A stretch of DNA of 32,000 nucleotides from Candidatus Kuenenia stuttgartensis (GTDB taxonomy: Bacteria; Planctomycetota; Brocadiia; Brocadiales; Brocadiaceae), in contig NZ_LT934425.1 of NCBI RefSeq assembly GCF_900232105.1, positions 120,001 to 152,000 of the forward strand. The letters are read 5' to 3'. Positions 18,935-28,702 of the stretch are shown here, one piece after another (the first letter of the stretch is position 1; each line of letters starts with the position of its first letter). Position numbers and translations under genes: made by a program. The notes beneath the pieces were generated by a model. That model searched no databases. It had not been told where the DNA came from and saw nothing but the letters and a program-made list of their open reading frames with translations.

Positions 18935-20170
18935 TTAAAGAACAGAATTTCCGGCCAGATATCCTGTGGAAAATGCTGCCTGAAGGTTAAATCCTCCTGT
19001 TGGGCCATCTACATCAAGCACCTCCCCGGCGAGGTATAATCCCTTTATTAACTTAGATTCCATTGTTCGCGATTCAACCTCATCCAGGTCAATTCCGCCG
19101 CCGGTTATAATAGCTTCTTCAACCGGCCTGTGGGACGATAGGGTAAGGGACAGACCTTTCAACTGGTCCAGTATCTTTTTTCTTTCTTTTGTCGTTATTT
19201 GGGAGGCCTTCTTCTTTTCGTCAATTCCGCATATATTCAGTAGTAAAGGAGAAAGTTTTTCAGGAACAAAATACGTAAGGCATGTTTTTATTGCCTTACC
19301 GCCGTTAGTATTGATTTTTTTTACCAGTTGCGTGGTTAGCTCGGCAGGCGACATATCTGGTTTGAAATCGATGCCTATTCGTACCGCGCCGTTTCCATGA
19401 TTTTCCATAATACGTTTGCTTATGGAGAGAATCGCCGGGCCGGATATCCCATAATGAGTAAAAAGCGCTTCACCAAAATGTTGCGCGATTTTTCTGCCCT
19501 GCCGGCAAGCGGTAATCTGTGCGTTTTTAATCGGAGTTCCCTGCGCTTGTTTCACCCATGCCTCCTCCGTCTCAAAGGCAATTATTGCGGGATATGTCTT
19601 GCAAATAGTATGGCCCAGTGAAGAGGCAAGTGTATAGCCATCCCCCGTGCTCCCGGTAGAAGGATAGCTCAGGCCGCCTGTTGCAATCAATACATTGCGC
19701 CCCGCTATAAATCCATCCTCTGTTTCCACACCAATCACTTGTTTATTTTTTTCTTTCACGCAGACTATGCGTGAATTTTTCTTAATGGTGATCCGATGTA
19801 TGCGAAGATACGATAGCAGTGCGTCCAGAACTGATTCTGCCTTTTGGCTTTTTGGATATACACGCCCTTTGCTTTCTTCAATAGTTTCGACACCATAAGA
19901 GTAAAGAAATGACCGTAGTTTTTCAGGAGAGAAGATGCCCAATGACGGGCGCATAAATGGCCCCGCCTTTTCATACGCATCAAAAAAAGCGGCAAATGAC
20001 GCCGTATTCGTCACATTACACCGTCCGGAAGCGCAGAGAAGAAGTTTTTTGCCCGGATGGGCATTCTTTTCGAGAAGGATTACGCTTTTCCCTCTTTCTC
20101 CCGCCCGCCCGGCGGCCGTCATCCCTGCAGGGCCTCCTCCAATTACGATAAAATCGTACACATCTGCCAT
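18935..20170 (-). CDS. HI0933/YhiN-family NAD(P)/FAD-dependent oxidoreductase
   Basis: DFIVIGGGPAGMTAAGRAGERGKSVILLEKNAHPGKKLLLCASGRCNVTN; ATGGLSYPSTGSTGDGYTLA; GLYLAGEVLDVDGPTGGFNLQAAFSTG. Confidence 0.94.
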   Translation of the reverse strand: MADVYDFIVIGGGPAGMTAAGRAGERGKSVILLEKNAHPGKKLLLCASGRCNVTNTASFAAFFDAYEKAGPFMRPSLGIFSPEKLRSFLYSYGVETIEESKGRVYPKSQKAESVLDALLSYLRIHRITIKKNSRIVCVKEKNKQVIGVETEDGFIAGRNVLIATGGLSYPSTGSTGDGYTLASSLGHTICKTYPAIIAFETEEAWVKQAQGTPIKNAQITACRQGRKIAQHFGEALFTHYGISGPAILSISKRIMENHGNGAVRIGIDFKPDMSPAELTTQLVKKINTNGGKAIKTCLTYFVPEKLSPLLLNICGIDEKKKASQITTKERKKILDQLKGLSLTLSSHRPVEEAIITGGGIDLDEVESRTMESKLIKGLYLAGEVLDVDGPTGGFNLQAAFSTGYLAGNSVL

Positions 20171-20598
20171 ATCACAATTTCACACATATTTTTACAGAAA
20201 TTTATCGCGAAAAACCTCCTGTGCCAGAAACCTCATTCCCTTTCGTGTGCCAGCCAGGCCATTTCAAATTGATAATTATCAATTATCAATTTGCCCCCCA
20301 CTACTTCTCTCTTTGCGTCTTTGTGTGAATATTTTCATTCCCATTTATGAACAATAGGATCATGGCTGTTTCATTATTCGATTGCAGATTAAGCTTAGCC
20401 GCTCTATGCGTTACTACTTTTTATTTGAAACGCACGATTAACATTTATAGAGCACATTGTGCTCTCTGAAAGAAATGCATTAACAATGCGGGAGGTGTGT
20501 TCAATAAAGAGGTATGAAGTGTATTCTTTCTGAAAAAAAACAAATTATTACAGGTGAGGGGGAAATGTGTATTTATCCTGATTTTGGAAATTGTTTAC

Positions 20599-21336
20599 TT
20601 ACGATGAAACCTCAAAGAAAAAGCCACCTCCGTTACGTGAACGTATCGTCATCTCTCCTACGCAATAAAAATATTTACCTGGTGGTAATTCGGCTACACG
20701 CAGCCCTACATTATCCCCAACCCTTGAATAAGTGTCATCCAGTTTATGCAAAACATACTTCATCGAAGGATAAAAAACAATACTTCCCACAGAACCGTTT
20801 TTATCAACACGGTAAAGTGACTTACCCATAACCAGCGGATTATCCGTTTGAAAATCAATAATCCTCAGGGTATTCCCGTTAATTTTTGTCGGTGTGCCTT
20901 TCACGTAAAACCTTTTTTCTTTACTGGTACTTTCTGAATCATACTTTGCTTCATTTATTTTTACATAATCATCTTTCCCTACAAAAAATAATCCTCCGCC
21001 AGGAGGCACCTTCCACAGGGTAATATCATCCAGGGCAATTTCATCAATTACTTCAACCATAAATGAATAACTCAGCGGGACAAATTCAGTTTTTTTTGCC
21101 ATTAATTGAATATTGCCGGGAGAATAAGTTACAGAAAAATTACCGGAAGTATCCGTTGTCGCCATATGTTTTGAGCCATTTGAAGTCACTTCAATATCAG
21201 CAAACGAAACCGGTTTCCCAAAACCATCAATAATCCTGCCACGCAACGTTCCTGAATCGAACGTATAGCCATAGCTTGTTACCGCCTTTAAAACAATGAA
21301 TACGCATACAATAAAAACAGGAAGCCTTCTTGACAT
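20599..21336 (-). CDS. Exported protein with carboxypeptidase-regulatory-like domain
   Basis: Internal ATG at 21336 with AAAGGA upstream begins a signal peptide (MSRRLPVFIVCVFIVLKAVTSYG); GTLRGRIIDGFGKPVSFADIEVTSNGSKHMATTDTSGNFSVTYSPGNIQLMAKK. Confidence 0.65.
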   Translation of the reverse strand: MSRRLPVFIVCVFIVLKAVTSYGYTFDSGTLRGRIIDGFGKPVSFADIEVTSNGSKHMATTDTSGNFSVTYSPGNIQLMAKKTEFVPLSYSFMVEVIDEIALDDITLWKVPPGGGLFFVGKDDYVKINEAKYDSESTSKEKRFYVKGTPTKINGNTLRIIDFQTDNPLVMGKSLYRVDKNGSVGSIVFYPSMKYVLHKLDDTYSRVGDNVGLRVAELPPGKYFYCVGEMTIRSRNGGGFFFEVSS

Positions 21337-22011
21337 AATCTGAAATCCTTTATGAATTAACAGCAAAATAGTACACAGATACAATGTAACTAATTTGTAA
21401 CACATCATAACAAGAATTGTCAAATATTTAAAAAATGGTCCAAGGTCATTCGCTATTCGTTCCTAATTTATTAATGTGGAATACGGTACAGCCGGCAGTT
21501 TACAGTCGGCAATCAGCAAATTTCGGATTGTAGACTGTTGAAGGTGGAAATTATTATAAAAAACCTCAACTTATTGAGAAGTTACCTATTTACCCTGTTT
21601 TTTATGTCCCATGTATTTTACAAAAAGCTAAATTGTTACAAAATAATTGATTTTTTTAAATTAAAAATTACAATGTAAAAAAATGATAACACTATAGTGT
21701 TTTATTGCGGAGATACCTTGGAAGAAGATATTTTTTACTTTATGTATTGTCACTGGTATAATGCGTTAGAAATTATTTGGGTAAAGGGGAGGCAAATGTG
21801 AAACTTTCTGATGTATTAGCTAAAGAACATATAATTATTAATCTATATGGAATGAACAAATTTGAAGTGTTAGAAAAAATGGTGAAAGTAACAAAATCTT
21901 CCGCAAAAGTTGTAGATGAAGTAGATTTGCTGGAAAAAGTAATCACACGGGAAAAGATTAAAAGTACTGGAATTGGCGGTGGGATTGGAATCCCTCATGC
22001 ACAAACACTAG

Positions 22012-24015
22012 CGTGAGTTTATCACGAAATAAGGTGTAAGACAAAGACATCAAGTTGCAATCCAATGATTTGTATCGGGTTGCGACTTTTTTTGTCTAAA
22101 AAATTATGTATACACTGAATAATACTATATTTATATTGCATTATATGCCTGTATATACTATTATACACGGAGTATTAATCTATTACGTATACACTAACAA
22201 CTAATAGCCATGGCTACCATTCAATCTAAAAACTCCAGAGGTTATAAATATTGGTATATTGTCGAATCGCGGCGCGTTAACGGCAAGCCCAGGCCCATCG
22301 TCCTGGCCTATCTTGGCAAGGCAGACGATTTATTAAAACAACTGCAAGGTCTTACCGAAAAATTACGGCTCAAATCTTATTCACATGGCGCGGTAGCCGC
22401 ATTGCTAAGTGTGGCCAATGCCCTGGACGTCCCTTCCGTGATTAATAAATATATAAAGTCGCCACGGCAGTATTGTGCTAAAAAACCTGTTCGAAATAAT
22501 CTGACCGCCGGAAGTACCCTCTTGTTGGGTGCCGTGGGGAGAGTGTGTGTGCCTACCAGCAAAAGAGGATGGTGGGATTGGGCAAAGACGACTACTGCCG
22601 AATACTTACTCAGACACAGCTTGAGTAAAATAGACAGTCAGCATTTCTGGGATTTGATGGATGCACTTCCTGAAGAATCCATTGCAGAAATCGAGCGCGA
22701 ATTAATTGAAAAGACATTTAAAACATACAACCTTCAAAGCGACACACTGTTTTTTGATACAACCAATTTTTTCACGTATATCGACACAACTAATCTGCGA
22801 TGCACTATTGCCCGGCGGGGGAAAAACAAACAAAAGCGATACGATCTCAGGCAGGTCGGGTTGGCGATGGTCGTTACACGTAACGACATGATACCGTTGT
22901 TTCACCATACCTATCAGGGGAACATGGCGGATGCAAAGGTGTTCAGCGCGGTTCTTGAGACGATAAAAGACAGGATGACCGGATTAGGTTTCGACAGCAA
23001 AAAGCACACTATTGTTTTTGATCGTGGAAACAATTCCATGGACAATATGGCTATTGTAGAGAGATTGGCATTGCATTACGTTGGAGCGCTTACACCGTAT
23101 CATCACAAGCAGTTGGTAGGGGATGCCATGTGTAATTTCAGGGAATATGACGTTGACGGCAGTAAGATACAGGTGTACCATGACAAACGGGTTATTTGGG
23201 GGCAGGAAAGAACCGTTGTCGTATTTATTTCCGAGAAATTAAAGGTTGGGCAATTAAGGGGAATGTCTCAGTCTCTGGAAAAGGCAGAACATCAGTTAAA
23301 GCTCTTACAGCAGCATCTGTGTAATCCAAAGGGAAAGATGCGGGACAAAGAGGGTCTGGAGGATACGATAAGAAGTGTAGTGAAATGTCAATTTGCGAAG
23401 GATGTTATCGATTGGTCGTTAAAAGAGGTATCTGAAGGCAAGTTTCAATTGAATTTTTCAATCGACCAGAAAAAGCTCGAAGAAATAGAAGGGGAACTGG
23501 GGTTCAGGATTCTTATGACAGACCATCACGATTGGGATACCGCGGACATTATAAAAGCCTACTATGGGCAATCAAAAATTGAACATGCCTTTAGAAATCT
23601 CAAGAACCCCTATCACCTTGCTTTAAAACCGCAATTTCACTGGACGGATCAGAAAATCAGGGTGCATTTTTTTATTTGCGTCCTCGGATACCTAATGGCG
23701 GCGATTGTGTGGTATCAGGCAAAAGCGCACGCACAATTTAGTGGAACGTTAGATACCCTGTTAGACACCCTTAATAATATAAGGCTTTCTGCTATGCTTG
23801 AAGAAACAAAGGCCAGAGGGAGAGTTAAGGCTACCTACAAATTGGAAGAAATGTCCGACAAGGAATCTCTGTTGATGAATGCGTTAGGCATTATGGATTT
23901 CCACAAACATCGGCTGAAACTTCAAGGACTCAGTGTATACAATTGATGTTGTGCTTAACGCATTGACTGTATTTATGTTACGTTGCTTCATGCCTTATTT
24001 TGTGATAAACTCACG
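22012..24015 (+). mobile_element. IS1634-like (IS4 superfamily) insertion sequence, 2004 bp
   Basis: Terminal inverted repeats CGTGAGTTTATCACGAAATAAGG (22012-22034) and its reverse complement at 23993-24015 (22/23 match), flanked by CTAG at 22008-22011 and 24016-24019; encodes one transposase. Confidence 0.92.
22210..23946 (+). CDS. IS1634-family DDE transposase
   Basis: SRGYKYWYIVESRRVNGKPRPIVLAYLGK; LFFDTTNFFTYI; HTIVFDRGNNSMDN; ADIIKAYYGQSKIEHAFRNLKNPYHLALKPQFHWTDQKIRVHFFICVLGYLMAA. Confidence 0.95.
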   Translation: MATIQSKNSRGYKYWYIVESRRVNGKPRPIVLAYLGKADDLLKQLQGLTEKLRLKSYSHGAVAALLSVANALDVPSVINKYIKSPRQYCAKKPVRNNLTAGSTLLLGAVGRVCVPTSKRGWWDWAKTTTAEYLLRHSLSKIDSQHFWDLMDALPEESIAEIERELIEKTFKTYNLQSDTLFFDTTNFFTYIDTTNLRCTIARRGKNKQKRYDLRQVGLAMVVTRNDMIPLFHHTYQGNMADAKVFSAVLETIKDRMTGLGFDSKKHTIVFDRGNNSMDNMAIVERLALHYVGALTPYHHKQLVGDAMCNFREYDVDGSKIQVYHDKRVIWGQERTVVVFISEKLKVGQLRGMSQSLEKAEHQLKLLQQHLCNPKGKMRDKEGLEDTIRSVVKCQFAKDVIDWSLKEVSEGKFQLNFSIDQKKLEEIEGELGFRILMTDHHDWDTADIIKAYYGQSKIEHAFRNLKNPYHLALKPQFHWTDQKIRVHFFICVLGYLMAAIVWYQAKAHAQFSGTLDTLLDTLNNIRLSAMLEETKARGRVKATYKLEEMSDKESLLMNALGIMDFHKHRLKLQGLSVYN

Positions 24016-24776
24016 CTAGGAGTTACTGATTTTATTGCGTGTTTGGGAATATCACAGGATGGCATCGATTTTAATGCCCTGGATGAAAAACCCGTACATT
24101 TGGTTTTCCTGATCGCAACAAAGGAAAGAACAAATAATATATATCTGGAGCTTCTCAGCAGTATAGCAAGGTTATTTGTCGATGAAACATTTAAACAAAA
24201 AATAATTAAATCAAAATCTCCGGATGAAATAATGCAGCTTATAAGTGAAAAAGAAGAAGAAAATTAATGAGATGAAGACTTAAAATATAGAATACCCGTA
24301 TCTTCTGTTAAATATATATTTGCCAAAAATTTTATTATTATAAAATTAGGTGAGGGGAAACCATTACAAAATACTTTATCATTACAGCGGCATTTTTTGC
24401 AAGGAATCCACCAATAATAAATAGAACCGCTAATAAACGTTAGTATGAGTTTTTTTGTTAGCGTCCATTTGCATTTATTCTCGTTTAAATAGAACTGTCT
24501 AACGGATTTTACCAACAACTTATCCCCACAACGCCATTTGCCAAATTTAACACTATATATTGTGTATCTATTTCCAAAATATAAAATCCCAATGAAACAT
24601 TCATGATATGGTGGCTCACAAAGGGGAATGAAAATATCCGTAACACTTTAGTATTTTAAAAAAATACTTGTTAAATCGTTGCAAACAAATAACTTGCGCT
24701 GTTTGAGGTGTGCCCTATTGTCAAGACAATATTTTGATAGAAATAAGTTAAAATTTATTTTATCCAAATGATATTA

Positions 24777-25195
24777 AATGGATAAATCGCATATAAATCC
24801 ATCTGCCTCATGAGTCGTTTTACCCTATTACGATTTACTTCATACCCCTCCTTTCTTAACCATACCGTCATCCGCCTTACACCATAAAACGGACTCCTCG
24901 TGTACTACCCTTCAATATTATTCATCAACTCAAGGTTATGTGCGCTCTCTCCTATCAGCGTGTAATAAAAACCCGACCTTTGTAGCCCTAACAATTTACA
25001 TTGACGGGCTATGCCGATCTCTTTGTTCTCCAACTCTACCAAACGCCTCTTTGCCTCAACTGGTAAGTCCAGCTTTTTTTCAACTCAGTCTAACTCCACT
25101 TTCAATTGCCCTATTTGCTGATACAACGATGACCTTATTTCCTCCGCCTTGCATTCTTCCTTTCGGGAAATTCACGACGAACTGTTTGTCGGATT
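24777..25195 (-). pseudogene. IS3-family transposase remnant (end of OrfA plus start of OrfB)
   Basis: Minus-strand translation gives KQFVVNFP, then KEECKAEEIRSSLYQQIGQLKVELD*VEKKLDLPVEAKRRLVELENKEIGIARQCKLLGLQRSGFYYTLIGESAHNLELMNNIEG*YTRSPFYGVRRMTVWLRKEGYEVNRNRVKRLMRQMDLYAIYP. Two in-frame stops, one frameshift, and no OrfB catalytic C-terminus. End coordinates approximate. Confidence 0.88.
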
Positions 25196-25414
25196 TATAA
25201 TATATATTATTACGTATTGCCAGATAATACAGAACAATAGTACAATCAAATCTGATTTTAGAAGTTTGAATATAAAATGGCTTTCTGAAAAATAGATTTA
25301 TTTGACTAAGCATACTATCAAACTCTCCCTGAAGCCCCTCTTGATAGAGAGGCCTGATGGGTGTAAATTTTTCGAAAACTTTATTTGTTTGACTATAAAG
25401 GAGGGAAATAAGAT

Positions 25415-25612
25415 ATGGGAACCATCGATAATTTAAGAAACAGAAAGGGTTGGAATAAATTATTTGCGGGCCTGATTATGTTTATTATGTGGTATGTACT
25501 TTTCGGTAATCATAAATATGCCATTTATGGAAAAAAAGATGCTGAAACAAAGGAGACACCAACCGTAAACGAAGAATACAAAAAGCCTGAACTGGAAGTT
25601 GAGACGCCATAA
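25415..25612 (+). CDS. Small single-TM protein of unknown function
   Basis: 65 aa, AAAGGAGGG Shine-Dalgarno upstream, TM segment KLFAGLIMFIMWYVLFG followed by a charged tail. Confidence 0.6.
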   Translation: MGTIDNLRNRKGWNKLFAGLIMFIMWYVLFGNHKYAIYGKKDAETKETPTVNEEYKKPELEVETP

Positions 25613-25715
25613 TTTTACAACGTATTCCGTTCACAATGCCCAGCATGGTTCTTTTTACATTTTTTTCCGTGGCCATGCCACTCTATCAATCACTCTTTAT
25701 CTATTACTAAAAAAC

Positions 25716-26735
25716 ATGATACACAAATCAATAAAAACCATCGGTAAACTATTTATAGTTTTCTTTTGCACGGTTGTTTTCATACATACACCATGGAAAA
25801 TCTGCATGAGTAAGGAGGTAAAAAATAATCAGGAAAGGGGACAATGGGATTCATTATTGTTTCAAATAAAGGATGTATATGACGCCATGGCAGATATGGA
25901 TACAAGCAATATACCGCTGAGAGATAAAATCAGAGGATGGGAGATTTTTTTAAATACAGATGCGGTACAGCTTGATAACCCGCATTCAGATGAAGACGAT
26001 TCAATCCGCAAGAAAATAAAAGAAAGAATCGAATACTGGAAGTATATTGAAACCCTTGCATTAGCGGATTTGCACGAAGAATCAAATAAGCCTTCAGAAA
26101 TGCGCATTGTGGCAGATGCTCAATGGCAGAAAGAGATACTGGCAAATAAGTATTTTCTAAACGCAAAAAAATACATGGATAAGGGCGATTATATTAACGC
26201 TGAGATCTGTTTTGAAAAACTCATGTCATTGGGGACAAGACTATCGCCCAACGTATATTATTTACGCAGCGCCATTCAGGTTGAAAGTGAGAAATATGAA
26301 GACGCTGTGCAGACGCTTAACGACTATTTGGGACAAATAGGCAGTTCGTCTTATTATGAGGAAGTTACTTCATTGTCCGCTGACGCACGGGAGAAAGAGG
26401 TGGAAAACCGGGGAAAAGAGGGAGATATCCTGAAAAGAGAAATGGAGGTCCGGATTGAAGATGCAAAAAATACCCTTAACGCTTATCGGAAATTGTTAGA
26501 ACGCCGGGCAGAGGTTTATCGCGAGGAACTCGAATTGTTGTCCGACAGGGGTGAAGATATTTCAGGGGATGTAGTGAGGGATTACGAAAAAGAAGAAATC
26601 TCCCTTAAACCGGAAGAAAAAAATAGAATCGAAGAAGCAAAAAAGATGTTAATTACGTATTTGAAACAAGCGGAACAAAAACCAAAGGCTTATCAGGAAG
26701 TATTGAATTTACTCATGAACCCTGATAAAAACTGA
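25716..26735 (+). CDS. Exported TPR-like helical protein
   Basis: Start taken at ATG 25716 (MIHKSIKTIGKLFIVFFCTVVFIHTPWKIC signal); TPR-like AKKYMDKGDYINAEICFEKLMSLG...YYLRSAIQVESEKYEDAVQTLNDYL, then a coiled-coil C-terminus. Confidence 0.65.
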   Translation: MIHKSIKTIGKLFIVFFCTVVFIHTPWKICMSKEVKNNQERGQWDSLLFQIKDVYDAMADMDTSNIPLRDKIRGWEIFLNTDAVQLDNPHSDEDDSIRKKIKERIEYWKYIETLALADLHEESNKPSEMRIVADAQWQKEILANKYFLNAKKYMDKGDYINAEICFEKLMSLGTRLSPNVYYLRSAIQVESEKYEDAVQTLNDYLGQIGSSSYYEEVTSLSADAREKEVENRGKEGDILKREMEVRIEDAKNTLNAYRKLLERRAEVYREELELLSDRGEDISGDVVRDYEKEEISLKPEEKNRIEEAKKMLITYLKQAEQKPKAYQEVLNLLMNPDKN

Positions 26736-26792
26736 GATAAAAAAAACGAAGTACGAATTACGATTTTAAATCGTAATTCGTAAATCGTAAAT

Positions 26793-27953
26793 CTAAAGAT
26801 GAAGCAAACGTCCCTCACCATACACAGTAACGGGATAGCTGGTTAGATCAAACGGGTCTCCGTTCCAGCATACAAATGACGCCCATTTATCAGGTTCTAA
26901 AGAGCCTAATATTGTATCTATTCCCAGTATCCATGCATTTTTTGCCGTGATGATTTCAATTGCCTGTTGTTTGCTTAATCCGAAACGAATAAACCAGCGC
27001 AGTTGCAAAAGAATCATTCTCTGTAATATTACTGGATGGTCTGACATGAGGCCGAACGATACGTTTGATTCCAAGAGGTATCGCAGGTTTTTCCAGTTTT
27101 CGTGTTTTAATTCTACCTTATACGCCAGTGAATCCATAGGCCCGTAAATAACAGGTATATTTCTTTCCCTTAATTTATGGAATATATCAATTTTATGAAC
27201 ATCGCATGCGTGGTCAATGGTAAACTTTATGGCATACTCAGGGTGTATTGCCTTGAATTCGTCTGCAAACCGCAGAAATGATTCGATATCGTCCGTCTTA
27301 TGTACGTGTACCCTCAATACTATTTTTCCGCAGAGAATGTCACGCAGGATTTCATCTTCACGGGAAAAATCTATATCTTTCATTTCTGTGCCCTTCGCTA
27401 TTTTTTCCATTTTTTTTATTACGGCATATAGTTTTTCCCTAAAGAGGGCCAAAGCGCCCATGCGTGTATATGGGCGTTTTCCCTTCCATTCACGTGTTGA
27501 CATGGGATTGTATCCCAGCGCCGCTTTTATGCTAATTGGCGCTTCCCTGATGAGGGCGTTTGTGGTTGTGCTTCCGTAGTTGCGGATAACCGCCGAGCTA
27601 CCGCCAAGAATATTCCCGCTGCCTGGCAAAACACAGGAATAAAGTATGCCTGCTTCTATTGAGTCGGCGAAAGATACATCATCCATTTGTACGGAATCAA
27701 TGGCGTTTGCAAGTGTTAAAAATGTATCCATTTTCTCATTTGCTTCTTCTTCACTCGCAGGTTCTCCTGCCCTGCACATCCCTATATGGCAATGGGGATC
27801 AATAAATGCAGGGGTGATTACCGGATACTCACCAAGCATTTCTCCCTGACGTGTATTTGAAACGTTAGCTACCGTATTGTGGTCAAAATTAATGAAAGCG
27901 TCTTTTATGACCTCTTTGCCGGTATAAATAATAGCGCCTTTCATCGAAAGCAT
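26793..27953 (-). CDS. Amidohydrolase (imidazolonepropionase-like)
   Basis: FIDPHCHIGM HxH motif, LRVHVHKTDDI, FTIDHACDVHK, GLMSDHPV, and C-terminal LGIDTILGSLEPDKWASFVCWNGDPFDL. Start codon overlaps the stop of the upstream gene (TAATG). Confidence 0.88.
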   Translation of the reverse strand: MLSMKGAIIYTGKEVIKDAFINFDHNTVANVSNTRQGEMLGEYPVITPAFIDPHCHIGMCRAGEPASEEEANEKMDTFLTLANAIDSVQMDDVSFADSIEAGILYSCVLPGSGNILGGSSAVIRNYGSTTTNALIREAPISIKAALGYNPMSTREWKGKRPYTRMGALALFREKLYAVIKKMEKIAKGTEMKDIDFSREDEILRDILCGKIVLRVHVHKTDDIESFLRFADEFKAIHPEYAIKFTIDHACDVHKIDIFHKLRERNIPVIYGPMDSLAYKVELKHENWKNLRYLLESNVSFGLMSDHPVILQRMILLQLRWFIRFGLSKQQAIEIITAKNAWILGIDTILGSLEPDKWASFVCWNGDPFDLTSYPVTVYGEGRLLHL

Positions 27954-28702
27954 TATTGTTTCTCCCTGATAATAAACGTGCCTTCCGGTGGTTGAAAAAG
28001 GATAGTTTTTACCCGCTCCTGCATCAGATTGCCAAACAACCTTGCTTGTTCATCAGTTGCTTTGCCGGAGAGCGTCAGAGGCATAAGTTTTTCCATGCGT
28101 TCATCCGCATGTGCCAGTGCCGGGTCGTAAGTGATTTCAACCGTTTTCCCCGTGTCCCTTCGCTGAAATAACAATGTACACGTTGCTTTTGTATCTGTCT
28201 TTTGTTCAGGAGCAAATGACATCAAATTGTACCGTCCATATTTTCCGGCAGGGCCAAAGCCCTTAAAACCGTTCTCGGCGGCTGCGCCGGTTATCATGGA
28301 CACAATCTGTGATATTGGCCCGTTTACATTTTCATCGACGCCACCCATGATGGTCACACTTATATTTCCCCTTACCGGCGTCTCCTTGCCGTATAATGCC
28401 TTCAGCGCCAATTGGGTTGATTTGTACGCACCGGCAACTGCAGGACAGGAATGTCCGGCAAACTTTACCGCATCGGCATACGTAAAAACAAACGCTCCAT
28501 CGTTGTCAATTGCGCCCAGGATGACCGCCAACGGATCTTTAAGTGTGATCGGTTCAGCAACGTCAAAAAAATCCTGCGCAAATTTCGTTTGTCCTTCTGC
28601 GAATACCAAATTACCATTAAGCAACTTACACAAAGGGAGTAATAGCATAAAACAAAAGAAGACTCGTTTTGCCAGCAGGGCAACAGTATGTGATTTATTC
28701 AT
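27953..28702 (-). CDS. Exported FmdE-like (formylmethanofuran dehydrogenase subunit E region) protein
   Basis: Start at ATG 28702 (MNKSHTVALLAKRVFFCFMLLLPLCKLLNGNLVFAEG signal); FTYADAVKFAGHSCPAVAGAYKSTQLALKALYG resembles the FmdE GHxCPxxxxGY core. Confidence 0.6.
   Translation of the reverse strand: MNKSHTVALLAKRVFFCFMLLLPLCKLLNGNLVFAEGQTKFAQDFFDVAEPITLKDPLAVILGAIDNDGAFVFTYADAVKFAGHSCPAVAGAYKSTQLALKALYGKETPVRGNISVTIMGGVDENVNGPISQIVSMITGAAAENGFKGFGPAGKYGRYNLMSFAPEQKTDTKATCTLLFQRRDTGKTVEITYDPALAHADERMEKLMPLTLSGKATDEQARLFGNLMQERVKTILFQPPEGTFIIREKQ

Larger units (their letters stand above)
21798..24267 (+). pseudogene. ptsN: PTS EIIA (fructose/mannitol, PtsN-like) domain gene interrupted by an IS element
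   Basis: 5' part 21798-22011 encodes MKLSDVLAKEHIIINLYG...GIGGGIGIPHAQTL. 3' part 24020-24267 encodes ...GVTDFIACLGISQDGIDFNALDEKPVHLVFLIATKERTNNIYLELLSSIARLF. Removing the IS and one CTAG gives 462 nt (153 aa plus stop) reading through PHAQTLGVTDFIACLG. GTG start at 21798 with GGGGAGG upstream. Confidence 0.9.

Noticed and set aside
24264-24518. Track ORF on the minus strand, 84 aa
   Set aside because: Lies in an AT-rich gap after the EIIA gene, overlaps its stop, has no recognisable family and an implausible Cys/Lys/Trp-rich composition. Treated as chance.
24940-25313. Track ORFs 24940-25200 (+) and 25080-25313 (-) as genes
   Set aside because: The underlying minus-strand sequence is the decayed IS3-family transposase in other frames; most of these ORFs is out-of-frame translation.
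27217-28642. Antisense ORFs opposite the amidohydrolase and FmdE-like genes
   Set aside because: Shadow ORFs without domain signatures.
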